Shown: one piece after another, positions 41,694 through 53,326 of the stretch | Layout: each line of letters starts with the position of its first letter | Position numbering within the stretch: the first letter of the stretch is position 1 | Assembly (NCBI GenBank): GCA_965237905.1 | Contig: OZ250172.1 | Location: 192,001 to 256,000, forward strand | Reading direction: 5' to 3' | DNA length: 64,000 nt | Origin: Nitrospinaceae bacterium | Lineage (GTDB): Bacteria > Nitrospinota > Nitrospinia > Nitrospinales > Nitrospinaceae | Position numbers and translations under genes: made by a program | The notes under the pieces: generated by a model | Databases searched by the model: none | What the model saw: only the letters and a program-made list of their open reading frames with translations | What the model was told of the DNA's origin: nothing

Positions 41694-43100
41694 TTAGGAG
41701 GGGTTGTCAAACTGAGTTCGATCCGGCTTGCCAATAGCATACACGTTGAATCCCAGATCAAATAAGGCTTGGTGGTCGAGATGGTTGCGTCCATCAAACA
41801 GAAAGGCGGGTTTTTCCATGCCATTAAAAATCCGTTTGTAATCCAGGGATTTGTACTGGTCCCACTCGGTCATCAAGGCAATAGCGTGGGCACCTTCTGC
41901 CGCTTTGTAAGGATCGGGTTCATACACGATCTCGCCTTCCACGCCTTCCACGCCTTCCAGATCCTTCTGCGCATTTTTAAGGGCGTGAGGATCGGTAATA
42001 CACAGGCGGGCGCGTTCTTTCAAAAGCATTTTGGAGATATGAATGGCGGGAGAATCACGCGTATCCCCGGTATCAGGTTTAAAAGCAAAACCGAACAGGG
42101 CGATTTTTTTATCGACCACGGAATTGAACATGCCGGTCAGCATACGTTGCACAAACCTCTGCATCTGATAATCGTTGATGGTAATCACCTGTTGCCAGAA
42201 ATCCGCCACCGGTTGCAAACCGAAATGCTCGCAGAGGTAAACCAGATTCAAAATATCCTTGCGGAAACACGACCCGCCAAACCCTAACCCGGCGCGCAGA
42301 AATTTGGGACCGATGCGGGAATCTTTCCCCACGGCCCGCGCCACTTCATCCACATCCGCTTCGGTCGCTTCGCACAATCCCGAAATACTGTTGATCGAGG
42401 AAATTCTCTGCGCCAGAAAGGCGTTTGAAACCAACTTGGAAAGTTCACTGCTCCACAGGTTGGTGGTGATCAATTTATCGCGCGGCACCCAGCGCTCATA
42501 GATTTTAATCAATTCGTCACGGGCCGCCTGCCCTGAAGGCGTGTCCATGGACCCGATCAACACCCGGTCCGGATTTTCCATATCGTGGATACCCGTTCCT
42601 TCGGCCATAAATTCGGGATTGGACAAAATTTCAAAATGAACAGAGCTGTCACCGGAATGCAGAATTTTGCCCAGCGTTTCGGCGGCACGAACGGGGATGG
42701 TGCTTTTTTCGACGACGATTTTATCCGATTTGGCGTTTTCTTTAATCCTGCGGGCGGTTTGTTCAATGTACTGCAGATCCACGGCCTTGCCTGCCCCTTC
42801 TCCAAAGGTTTTGGTCGGGGTGTTGACCGCCACAAAAATAATATCCGCCTCTTCGATGGCCCGATCAATATCCACTGAGAAAAACAGATTCTGGCCGCGG
42901 GCTTTCTGAACGCGTTCCTTCAAGCCCGGCTCGTATATGGGAAGGTTATCGGAATTCCACCGATCGACCCTCTCCTGGGAGATGTCCAGAACGGTCACCT
43001 GGTAGTCCGGACAGAAGTTAGCGATCACGGTCATGGTGGGGCCACCAACATACCCGGCACCGATACAGGCAATTTTCTTGACGAATTTGTTGTCACTCAC
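41694..43100 (-). CDS. ugd: UDP-glucose 6-dehydrogenase
   Basis: IACIGAGYVGGPT, VEKSTIPV, SNPEF, GFGGSCF, FAFKPDTGDTRDS. Confidence 0.95.
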   Translation of the reverse strand: MSDNKFVKKIACIGAGYVGGPTMTVIANFCPDYQVTVLDISQERVDRWNSDNLPIYEPGLKERVQKARGQNLFFSVDIDRAIEEADIIFVAVNTPTKTFGEGAGKAVDLQYIEQTARRIKENAKSDKIVVEKSTIPVRAAETLGKILHSGDSSVHFEILSNPEFMAEGTGIHDMENPDRVLIGSMDTPSGQAARDELIKIYERWVPRDKLITTNLWSSELSKLVSNAFLAQRISSINSISGLCEATEADVDEVARAVGKDSRIGPKFLRAGLGFGGSCFRKDILNLVYLCEHFGLQPVADFWQQVITINDYQMQRFVQRMLTGMFNSVVDKKIALFGFAFKPDTGDTRDSPAIHISKMLLKERARLCITDPHALKNAQKDLEGVEGVEGEIVYEPDPYKAAEGAHAIALMTEWDQYKSLDYKRIFNGMEKPAFLFDGRNHLDHQALFDLGFNVYAIGKPDRTQFDNPS

Positions 43101-43114
43101 TGATAATTCCCGAA

Positions 43115-43159
43115 GAAAAAAGAAAAAGGGAGAACGATCCGTTGGGACCGTCCTCCCTT
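43115..43159 (-). terminator. Rho-independent terminator of the c554-like gene
   Basis: Minus strand AAGGGAGGACGGTCC-CAAC-GGATCGTTCTCCCTT followed by T runs. Confidence 0.8.
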
Positions 43160-43187
43160 AATATGTTAAAGCTTATTCGCAAAAAGT

Positions 43188-44018
43188 CTATTTCTTATAA
43201 TAAAATTTCTTCTTCTTAGAGCTGTAAGGCCTGGTTCCCTTGGCAAACTTGAGCTTGCCTGATTTTTTAAATTCCCAATCTTCAATCCGCAAACCTTTTG
43301 TGTCGGACTTGGCTTTGGTCTTGGCTCGATCTTTGACTTTGCCGTCTTTGACAATATCCTGGTCGGCATTGTCTTCGTTAAAATACTTGGCAATGGGGTG
43401 CATGGTTGCTTTAGCTTTGGCAAAGTCCAGCTTGCCTTTACCATGCGGATTCTTGGGATGATTGTGACAGCGGCTACAGACGTTTTCATAATCCCAGCGC
43501 TGGCCGTATTTTTCCGTCTCTTCCTTTTTAAAATCACCTTTGGTGTTTTTCATGACCACCCGGAATTGGGCTCCGCCAGCCACGGAGTGGCACATTTCAC
43601 AACCGACCTGCTCCTTGTTGGGTTCTTCCGGATCAATCTTGGTGCTGATATCTTTGCCCGACTTCTTACTTTTACTGCCTGCGGGCTTGAATCCGCCGAG
43701 TTGCCTGTAACCGGTGGTGTGACACCGAAGGCATTGGGGGTCGGCCGTGTAATCTTTTTTAGGGTCCAGCTTGGCTTTCTTTTTGGCGTCGGCCCGCTCA
43801 CCCGCTTTTAAAAGGTTAAAGGTCTTGCCGTGAGGAGAGTTCACCCAGGCTTGATAATAGGGATCATGGCAACTGCCGTTACATTTGACGGCGCCCACAT
43901 ATTTGGGTTTTTTGGGAATTTTCTTCTTCTTCTTTTTGGCGTCGGCATCATCTGCCACGCCGACTAGAAAAAAGGCTGAAATAAGAATCAAGCTGATTAA
44001 CTTTATTGTTTTGCCCAT
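43188..44018 (-). CDS. Tetraheme cytochrome c554 (CycA) family protein
   Basis: Signal peptide; CNGSCH, CLRCH, CEMCH, CSRCH; AKKKAKLDPKKDYT.D segment characteristic of c554. Confidence 0.85.
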   Translation of the reverse strand: MGKTIKLISLILISAFFLVGVADDADAKKKKKKIPKKPKYVGAVKCNGSCHDPYYQAWVNSPHGKTFNLLKAGERADAKKKAKLDPKKDYTADPQCLRCHTTGYRQLGGFKPAGSKSKKSGKDISTKIDPEEPNKEQVGCEMCHSVAGGAQFRVVMKNTKGDFKKEETEKYGQRWDYENVCSRCHNHPKNPHGKGKLDFAKAKATMHPIAKYFNEDNADQDIVKDGKVKDRAKTKAKSDTKGLRIEDWEFKKSGKLKFAKGTRPYSSKKKKFYYKK

Positions 44019-44078
44019 TGTTTTTCCCTGATGATTATGAAATATGTAAAAGTGAATTCCCCTTTAAAAAACTGGGGC

Positions 44079-44107
44079 AGAATATAATAAATACCCTGTT
44101 AGGTCAA
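44079..44107 (-). promoter_or_regulatory. Sigma70-like promoter for the c554-like gene
   Basis: Minus strand TTGACC-17 bp-TATTCT. Confidence 0.55.
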
Positions 44108-44175
44108 CCCCCCATTTCGGGTTAAATAGTTGTAAATTAATCAATAACCTCCGGTTTGGAGTCCAGCTACCGCCC

Positions 44176-45219
<1,044 letters not shown>

Positions 45220-45250
45220 TCTCGAAAAAGCACTAACCAAACCTGAGGGA

Positions 45251-45535
45251 TTATCCGTCTGAGTCGTTCACCGCTTGCTTGAAATGCTTCCCGGATTTAA
45301 AACGAACCACTTTACGTTCTGAAATTTCGGCTTCCTCACCGGTCTTGGGATTTCGGCCCATTCGTTTCGATTTCTGTTTGACCTGGAAGGTACCGAACCG
45401 GCGCAAAATGACGGGTTCGCCTTGCCCTAAGGATTCCTTGATAAGCTTGATTACCGTTTCCACGGCTTCTTCGGCCTTGGATCGGGACAGGCTCGCTTCC
45501 TGAGAAACATGGTTGATAATATCCTGCTTGGTCAT
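45251..45535 (-). CDS. Integration host factor / HU family DNA-binding protein
   Basis: MTKQDII...FGTFQVK.K..R.GRNPKTGEEA.ISERKVVRFK. Confidence 0.93.
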   Translation of the reverse strand: MTKQDIINHVSQEASLSRSKAEEAVETVIKLIKESLGQGEPVILRRFGTFQVKQKSKRMGRNPKTGEEAEISERKVVRFKSGKHFKQAVNDSDG

Positions 45536-45626
45536 GCTCCCTCCTTAAAGGTAATTATTGCTTAAGTCCTTTAAAATCAAAGAACTTCATACATTCAGCC
45601 AAGACCTGAACAGCTAAAGCTTCCGG

Positions 45627-45639
45627 TAAAACCTTGATT
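45627..45639 (-). promoter_or_regulatory. IHF consensus binding site upstream of the IHF/HU gene
   Basis: Minus strand AATCAAGGTTTTA matches WATCAANNNNTTR; near-matches at 45859-45871 and 45954-45966. Confidence 0.5.
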
Positions 45640-45775
45640 TTAAGTCATTTGAAATTACTTATCGGTTGGCCCCCTCGTGAAGATAAGTAAATAATCAAAA
45701 TAAAATCAAAGCTTTTCGGCCCAACGGATGGACCCACATGACTGAACGGGATAGAAAATCCGGTTCCACAATGCT

Positions 45776-45807
45776 TACAGGATGCGTGTTGCATCCTGTA
45801 CTTTTTT
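45776..45807 (+). terminator. Plus-strand terminator with no plus-strand ORF upstream
   Basis: TACAGGATGC-GTGTT-GCATCCTGTA-CTTTTTT. Confidence 0.65.
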
Positions 45808-46075
45808 GCCTTCTTAATGTCTCCAAGTATTTATCTAAGTTACCATTTATTTCAAAAATTTCAATAGGTTATTGCATTCTCGACAATGTTTTTTAGAAGC
45901 GGGTGCCCTCTTTTCGGTACCCCAATCTCTCAATTACATTGACATATAATTCATAACCTACTGATTTTAAAGTAAGTAGAAACCCAAAAGGGGTCCTTTC
46001 CATAGAAAGACACCTCGGTAAAAAACAGGGATGCGCCCTTTTTTTAGAGTACTTTAAGTGGAATTTTCGGCAGGA

Positions 46076-47739
<1,664 letters not shown>

Positions 47740-49029
47740 TTACCCCATCGCCTTTTTCAAAGCACGGAATTGAGCCGCAATGGTTTGATCGATATCGTCA
47801 TTGGTATGCACGGCGGACATGAATCCCGCCTCGAACTGGGAAGGCGCAATGTAGATTCCCTCTTCCAGCATGGCATTAAAATAGCGCTTGAACAACTCCG
47901 TATCCGAAGTCTTCACCGAATCAAAGCTGACTATTTCCTGATCGGTAAAAAACATCGAAAACATGGAACCGACGCGCGTGAACGTAGCGGTCACTCCCAA
48001 CTTCTTGACGTTCTCTTTAAATCCACTACACAGCCGTTCACTCTTCTTTTCCAGATCCTCATAAACTCCAGATTGGGACAACAGGTTCAGCATTTCGATA
48101 CCAGCCGTCACCGCCAGCGGATTTCCCGACAACGTACCGGCCTGATAAACCGCACCCACCGGCGCGATATGATCCATGATTTCCTTTTTGCCACCGTAGG
48201 CGCCCACCGGCAGTCCGCCGCCGATGATCTTTCCGAGGCAGGTTAAATCGGGTGACACTCCATACAATTTCTGCGCGCCGCCGTAGGCAACGCGGAACCC
48301 GGTAATCACTTCATCGAAGATCAACAGGGCGCCGGACTCGGTAGTGACCTTGCGCAATAGTTCGAGAAATCCCGGTTGCGGCGGTACCACTCCCATGTTG
48401 CCCCCTATCGGCTCCACGATCAGACAGGCGATTTCCTTCCCCATTTTGGCGAACAACTCCTTGACTGCCTGCGCGTCATTATAAGGGATGTTCAAGGTCT
48501 TTTTGGCCAGATCGGAAACGATCCCCGGACAATCCGGCAGGCCCAGCGACAACACCCCCGATCCGGCTTTCACCAACAGGCTGTCGCCATGACCGTGATA
48601 ACAGCCTTCAAACTTGACGATCTTGTCCCGCCCGGTAAACCCGCGGGCCAGCCGGAGTGCGCTGAGCGTCGCTTCGGTACCCGAGCTGACCAGTCGCATG
48701 GTTTCGATGGAGGGCACGGCCGCCACCACTTTTTTCGCCAGCTCGGTTTCCAACTCGGTTGGCGCGCCGAAGCTGGTCCCCAATTGCGCCTGCTTACTGA
48801 CCGCATCCACGATGCGCGGGTGCGCGTGACCAAAGATCATGGGTCCCCAGGAGGAGACGTAATCGATAAATTCGTTGCCGTCGGCATCGGTGATTCGGGG
48901 TCCTTTGGCTTTAGCGATGAACAGGGGATTACCGCCCACCGCCTTGAACGCCCGCACCGGGCTGTTGACGCCGCCGGGGATGACTTTTTGAGCTTCCTGA
49001 AACAGGGACTCCGATTGGGTTCGCTTCAT
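47740..49029 (-). CDS. hemL: Glutamate-1-semialdehyde 2,1-aminomutase
   Basis: [41 protein letters not shown]. Confidence 0.97.
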   Translation of the reverse strand: MKRTQSESLFQEAQKVIPGGVNSPVRAFKAVGGNPLFIAKAKGPRITDADGNEFIDYVSSWGPMIFGHAHPRIVDAVSKQAQLGTSFGAPTELETELAKKVVAAVPSIETMRLVSSGTEATLSALRLARGFTGRDKIVKFEGCYHGHGDSLLVKAGSGVLSLGLPDCPGIVSDLAKKTLNIPYNDAQAVKELFAKMGKEIACLIVEPIGGNMGVVPPQPGFLELLRKVTTESGALLIFDEVITGFRVAYGGAQKLYGVSPDLTCLGKIIGGGLPVGAYGGKKEIMDHIAPVGAVYQAGTLSGNPLAVTAGIEMLNLLSQSGVYEDLEKKSERLCSGFKENVKKLGVTATFTRVGSMFSMFFTDQEIVSFDSVKTSDTELFKRYFNAMLEEGIYIAPSQFEAGFMSAVHTNDDIDQTIAAQFRALKKAMG

Positions 49030-49883
49030 AACTTTCCGAATAAAATTTCCAGATCTTTTTTCAACGCATCCGGTATCAGTTTACGGTCGGTGACAATGGC
49101 GTTTTTGGCCGCCTCGCCGCAGGCACAGGATCGTTTCAGTACCGGTTGCTTTACGATTTCCTTGAGAATGGACTGCGCCAGTTCCACATTCTTGTGCATG
49201 ATTTCCATGACCCCTTCCAGTGTCACCGCCTCCTCTTCCTCGTGCCAGCAATCGTAGTCGGTGGCGAGGGCAATGGTAACATAACAAATCCCCGCTTCAC
49301 GCGCGAGCTTGGCTTCGGTGACGTTGGTCATGCCGATCACTTCGACTCCCCAGCTTCGATACAAAAACGATTCAGCCCGCGTGGAAAACTGAGGGCCTTC
49401 GATGCAGAGATAGGTCCCCCTGGGATGCACGGTTGCCCCGGCCTTTTGACCGGATTCCAGCACCACTTCGTGTAATTCGTCGCAGATGGGATCGGCCAGG
49501 CTGACGTGGCCGACTATCCCGTTACCAAAAAAAGTCGTCTTACGGGCAAAGGTGCGGTCGATAAATTGATCGGGCACCACGATGTGACCGGGAGCGATCT
49601 CTTCCTTCATGCTACCGACGGCGCTGACGGAGATGATCCGCTCCACTCCCAGTTTCTTCATGGCAAAGATGTTGGCGCGGTAGTTGATTTCCGAAGGAGT
49701 GATGCGGTGCCCGACGCCGTGACGCGGCAGAAACGCCATGCGAGTGCCGTCGAGATCGCCCACAATGATTTTGTCCGAGGGATCGCCAAAAGGGGTCTTC
49801 ACGGAAACCGTGTCGACGACTTTGAGGTCCTTCATCGCGTACAAACCGCTTCCGCCGATAACACCCAGAATTTGTTCGGTCAT
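49026..49883 (-). CDS. mtnP: S-methyl-5'-thioadenosine phosphorylase
   Basis: [46 protein letters not shown]. Confidence 0.93.
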   Translation of the reverse strand: MTEQILGVIGGSGLYAMKDLKVVDTVSVKTPFGDPSDKIIVGDLDGTRMAFLPRHGVGHRITPSEINYRANIFAMKKLGVERIISVSAVGSMKEEIAPGHIVVPDQFIDRTFARKTTFFGNGIVGHVSLADPICDELHEVVLESGQKAGATVHPRGTYLCIEGPQFSTRAESFLYRSWGVEVIGMTNVTEAKLAREAGICYVTIALATDYDCWHEEEEAVTLEGVMEIMHKNVELAQSILKEIVKQPVLKRSCACGEAAKNAIVTDRKLIPDALKKDLEILFGKL

Positions 49884-49898
49884 TTAAAAATTCCCCCC

Positions 49899-49991
49899 GG
49901 AATTGCTGCTAAGGAAAGTGTGTTGGGTAAAAGGTGGGGCCGCTGATTGCTCGACTCACGACTCTACATCTTTGTATTTTATACCATTATC
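49899..49991 (-). repeat. Leader/promoter segment A, copy 1 (upstream of mtnP)
   Basis: GGAATTGC..TAAGGAAAGT...GTTGGGTAA.AGGTGGG...CTCTAC.TCTTT.TATTTTATACC recurs at 53810-53903 and ~55484-55578; contains a minus-strand GGTATAAAAT -10-like motif. Confidence 0.85.
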
Positions 49992-50010
49992 TGCTTTTTT
50001 CAAAGCAAAG

Positions 50011-50072
50011 CTTTGACCGGGGAGCGTCTCAGCTTGAAGCCGACTGTCTCCGAACGGCCAATAGCGGACATT
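50011..50072. repeat. Palindromic element B, right half
   Basis: CTTTGACCGGGGAGCGTCTCAGCTTGAAGCCGACTGTCTCCGAACGGCCAATAGCGGACATT. Confidence 0.9.
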
Positions 50073-50103
50073 CGGCTGAGGAGAGTTTAACAGAAAATGC
50101 CTC

Positions 50104-50307
50104 TTAACTTTTTACCTCAAATGGTTCACATTCCGCTGACGGGAAACACATGTGCTTCAGCTCCAGTGTTGAATAATGCGTGGTCATGCTCACTCCAGAT
50201 TTGTGACCGATCAAAAATTTCCGGTCTTCTTCTGGAACCCGCGCCACTCTCAACCTGGCACCCAATGTGTGCTTTAAATCGTGAACGCGAACAATTTCAA
50301 CCCACAA
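50104..50307 (-). pseudogene. C-terminal remnant of a tyrosine recombinase/integrase
   Basis: VHDLKHT.G.RLR.A.V..EDR..LIGH.S...TTHYS box-II motif (HxxK, H, catalytic Y); no N-terminal part recognisable. Confidence 0.75.
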
Positions 50308-50410
50308 ACCTCAGCGAGGCGAAACTCAACTTGCAACATATCTTACTTGTGTACAAATACAATTCGCAGCTATTGACTATTTTCCCCACCCGCGGTTACA
50401 TAAAAATCAC

Positions 50411-50755
50411 TTGGACCTCTCACCTTCCGAATCCGGCCTGTCCTTGTACCGTCAATTTATCCGTGATATAAAAATCGAAAGCTCCACAAATCCAAGCTCA
50501 TGGTATTACTGGAAGGACTCTGTAATGTATCCCTTGATCTTATTGGTAGTTTTAATTTCTTTCCTTATATGGCTCCCCTACGTTTGTGCAAATTTTTTGC
50601 GCCAACAAAAATCAAATCTGCAAACCAAAATCATTAAAAATATAACAAAAGACGCTGAAGAGGTGGGTGTTGGCATAACCCAGACGACCAACATTTTAAT
50701 TTTTATAAGAAGTGTTTTCACTATGTTAAGACCACTTCCTCATAAAGAATTTTAG
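50411..50755 (+). CDS. Hypothetical membrane protein or gene fragment
   Basis: TTG start, one TM segment, AT-rich; may be a remnant. Confidence 0.35.
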   Translation: MDLSPSESGLSLYRQFIRDIKIESSTNPSSWYYWKDSVMYPLILLVVLISFLIWLPYVCANFLRQQKSNLQTKIIKNITKDAEEVGVGITQTTNILIFIRSVFTMLRPLPHKEF

Positions 50756-50851
50756 GACTGTCGGCTGATGACTAACCTTAAACTCCTAGAAAAAATTACA
50801 GGTGAACCTAATTTAACCAGACTTAAACATGAATCAATGAAAGGACTCGCT

Positions 50852-51997
50852 ATGATTTCTTTAAGTTTTAACGATACGATCAAATACTTGGTTATTTTTT
50901 CAATGTTCTACCTTGGTGGCTGTGCTGGTTACTCAGCCGCCCTTGATACCAGCACCTGTACACAACGAGGTGGAACTGTTCAGGATGTATGTGTGCATAG
51001 GGATCCTTACAACCTCGCAAACTGTCTACGCGTCGAAAGTCAATGTATGGGGTCAATGACCCACGACGAATATAATAAACAAGCGAAGGAAACCCGGAAA
51101 CAAAAGTATAGGGAGGAAGTGTACTCTTCGCCCAATGAAGCGCTAACAAACGCGGCTTACGATGGTGACGCCACAAAGGTGAAAGCCTTATTGGCAAAGG
51201 GCGCCAATATTAACAATAAAGACAAGTATGGTGGGACGGCCTTAATGAATGCGTCTTTGAAAGGACATGAGGCCGTAGTGAAGGTGCTACTGGCAAGAGG
51301 AGCTAAACTCGACCTTCAATCAAGTGATGGCTGGACGGCATTGACGATGGCTTCTAAGAGAGGACATGAGGCTATTGTGAAAATGCTGCTGGCCAAGGGG
51401 GCTGCTGTAAACATTAAATTTCACAGTGGTGGGACGGCAATCGATGTGGCAAAAACTGAAAAAATTCGGCAACTACTCAAGGCGGGTGGGGTTTCAACTC
51501 CTTCTTCGGCGCAAGCATCCTCTTCGGACAATGAAGCACTATTGGCCGCGGCTTGGAATGGTGACGCCGCAAAGGTGAAAGTCTTGTTGAGAAAGGGCGT
51601 CAACATTAACCATACAGATACGCATGAAATAACGGCATTGATGATGGCGTCTCAGAAAGGGCATGAAGCTGTGGTGAAGATACTGCTGGCAAAAGGAGCT
51701 AAACTCGAGCTTCTATCAACTCTTGGCTGGACTGCTTTGAGGATGGCGTCTGCGACAGGACAAGAGGCCATAGTGAAGATGCTGCTGGCCAAGGGCGCCA
51801 AGATTGACACTCAAGATGGGATGGGTGGTGAGACGGCCTTAATGTTTGCGTCTCGGTTAGGGCATGAGGCCGTAGTGAAGATCCTGCTGGACAAAGGAGC
51901 AGACATAAGCCTTAAAGATAACTTTGGAAAGACGGCCCTCAATAAGGCAAATACTGAAAAAGTTTGGAAACTGCTCAAGGCGGCTGGGGCAAAGTAA
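50852..51997 (+). CDS. Ankyrin-repeat lipoprotein with Cys-rich N-terminal domain and two ankyrin modules
   Basis: AAGGA RBS, LGGC lipobox, repeated G.TALM.AS..GHEAVVK.LLAKGA. Confidence 0.92.
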   Translation: MISLSFNDTIKYLVIFSMFYLGGCAGYSAALDTSTCTQRGGTVQDVCVHRDPYNLANCLRVESQCMGSMTHDEYNKQAKETRKQKYREEVYSSPNEALTNAAYDGDATKVKALLAKGANINNKDKYGGTALMNASLKGHEAVVKVLLARGAKLDLQSSDGWTALTMASKRGHEAIVKMLLAKGAAVNIKFHSGGTAIDVAKTEKIRQLLKAGGVSTPSSAQASSSDNEALLAAAWNGDAAKVKVLLRKGVNINHTDTHEITALMMASQKGHEAVVKILLAKGAKLELLSTLGWTALRMASATGQEAIVKMLLAKGAKIDTQDGMGGETALMFASRLGHEAVVKILLDKGADISLKDNFGKTALNKANTEKVWKLLKAAGAK

Positions 51998-52019
51998 TTC
52001 TTCACTCGTCACACAAACC

Positions 52020-52090
52020 AAAGGCTTTCGTCGGTGACGCCTGATAGGTGCAAGCCTTGTTAGAAAAATGACGCCAACATTGACCATCAA
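52020..52090 (+). pseudogene. Degenerate ankyrin-repeat remnant
   Basis: GGTGACGCC...AGGTGCAAGCCTTGTTAGAAAAATGACGCCAACATTGACCAT resembles the GDAA.VKALLEKGANINH coding sequence of the flanking genes, with indels and stops. Confidence 0.55.
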
Positions 52091-52198
52091 GAATTTTAGG
52101 ATAGTCGGATGATGACTAACCTTAAACTGCTTCTGAATATATTTACAGGTGAACCTAATTTAACCAGACTTAAACATGAATCAATGAAAGGACTCGCT

Positions 52199-52795
52199 AT
52201 GATTTCTTTAAGTTTTAACGATACGATCAAATACTTGGTTATTTGTTCAATATTTTACCTTGGTGGCTGCGCTGGTATGTCATCCTCCATGGATACCTTT
52301 CCTTCTTCGGGGCAAGCGTCCTCTTCGGACAATGAAGCACTAGTTGTCGCGGCTAAAAATGGTGACGCCGCAAGGGTGAAAGCCTTGTTGGAAAAGGGCG
52401 CCAACGTTAACTATCTAAAGAAGAATGATGTGTCGGTCTTAATGTATGCGTCTCAAGATGGGCATGCTGCCGTAGTAAATATCCTGCTGGCAAAGGGCGC
52501 CAACGTTAACCATAAAGATAATATTAGCTGGACAGCATTGATGATAGCGTCTGCATCCGGGCATGAGGCCATAGTGAAGGTGCTTCTGGCAAAGGGCGCC
52601 AACGTTAACAATAGAGATAAAAATGGCGGGACAGCTTTATATTATGCGTCTTTTAAAGGGCAGGAAACAGTGGTGAAGATGTTGTTAGCCAAGGGGGCAG
52701 ACGTAAGCACTAAAACTTCTAAAGGTAAGACAGCCCTCAGTCAGGCAAAAACTGAAAAAATTCGGCAAATGCTCAAGGCGGCTGGAGCAAAGTAA
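52199..52795 (+). CDS. Ankyrin-repeat lipoprotein (tandem paralog)
   Basis: Near-identical leader and signal peptide to 50852; about five ankyrin repeats; shared 3' end GCAAAGTAATTCTTCACTC. Confidence 0.92.
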   Translation: MISLSFNDTIKYLVICSIFYLGGCAGMSSSMDTFPSSGQASSSDNEALVVAAKNGDAARVKALLEKGANVNYLKKNDVSVLMYASQDGHAAVVNILLAKGANVNHKDNISWTALMIASASGHEAIVKVLLAKGANVNNRDKNGGTALYYASFKGQETVVKMLLAKGADVSTKTSKGKTALSQAKTEKIRQMLKAAGAK

Positions 52796-52941
52796 TTCTT
52801 CACTCTAAAGCCTCTAACTATCAAAACCAGTTATTTTTAAAACCGTGTATGTCTTCAAATGAATCTGGACAGGAGTTGGAAAATTTCTAGAGGTACATTT
52901 GGCTTATAGTCCTTCGATAATTTTTTTAAGTTTAAGTTAAG

Positions 52942-52993
52942 AAACCCTGGTATTGAGACTTTGTTGTCTACTCAGTTCCAGGGTTTTTCTTTT
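52942..52993 (+). terminator. Hairpin/terminator downstream of the ankyrin genes
   Basis: AAACCCTGG...CCAGGGTTT followed by TTCTTTT. Confidence 0.55.
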
Positions 52994-53039
52994 ATTTGGT
53001 TTCAGCAAAGTTTATTTATGCTTTACAAAGGATCTGGCA

Positions 53040-53098
53040 AACGTCTGCTTTGGGTCGATTCCAGCCATTTAAATTCCTAACTGAGACACACCCTTTGA
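53040..53098. repeat. Palindromic element B, left half
   Basis: AACGTCTGCTTTGGGTCGATTCCAGCCATTTAAATTCCTAACTGAGACACACCCTTTGA, after which similarity stops. Confidence 0.9.
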
Positions 53099-53119
53099 GG
53101 GAGCAGGCGTAAATCAGCC

Positions 53120-53326
53120 TTATATTCTCACAAAATAGGGTAGAGCCACTAAAACCGTGCCTGCAATTACAAGCACGTATACGTTCGATATAAAATACGG
53201 AATGACAAATAGAGCGATGCCGGTCATTAGTGGAACTACCGCCTTTTGTTTTTTCCCATATGTAAAGAATCCGAGGCCAAGTGCTCCGAACAGCATTCCC
53301 CACATAAGCAGCGATGTACCTTCCAT
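53120..53326 (-). CDS. Small three-TM membrane protein (cassette-like cargo)
   Basis: WGMLFGALGLGFFTYGKKQK..VPL.TGIALFVIPYF; hydrophobic 68 aa. Confidence 0.75.
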   Translation of the reverse strand: MEGTSLLMWGMLFGALGLGFFTYGKKQKAVVPLMTGIALFVIPYFISNVYVLVIAGTVLVALPYFVRI

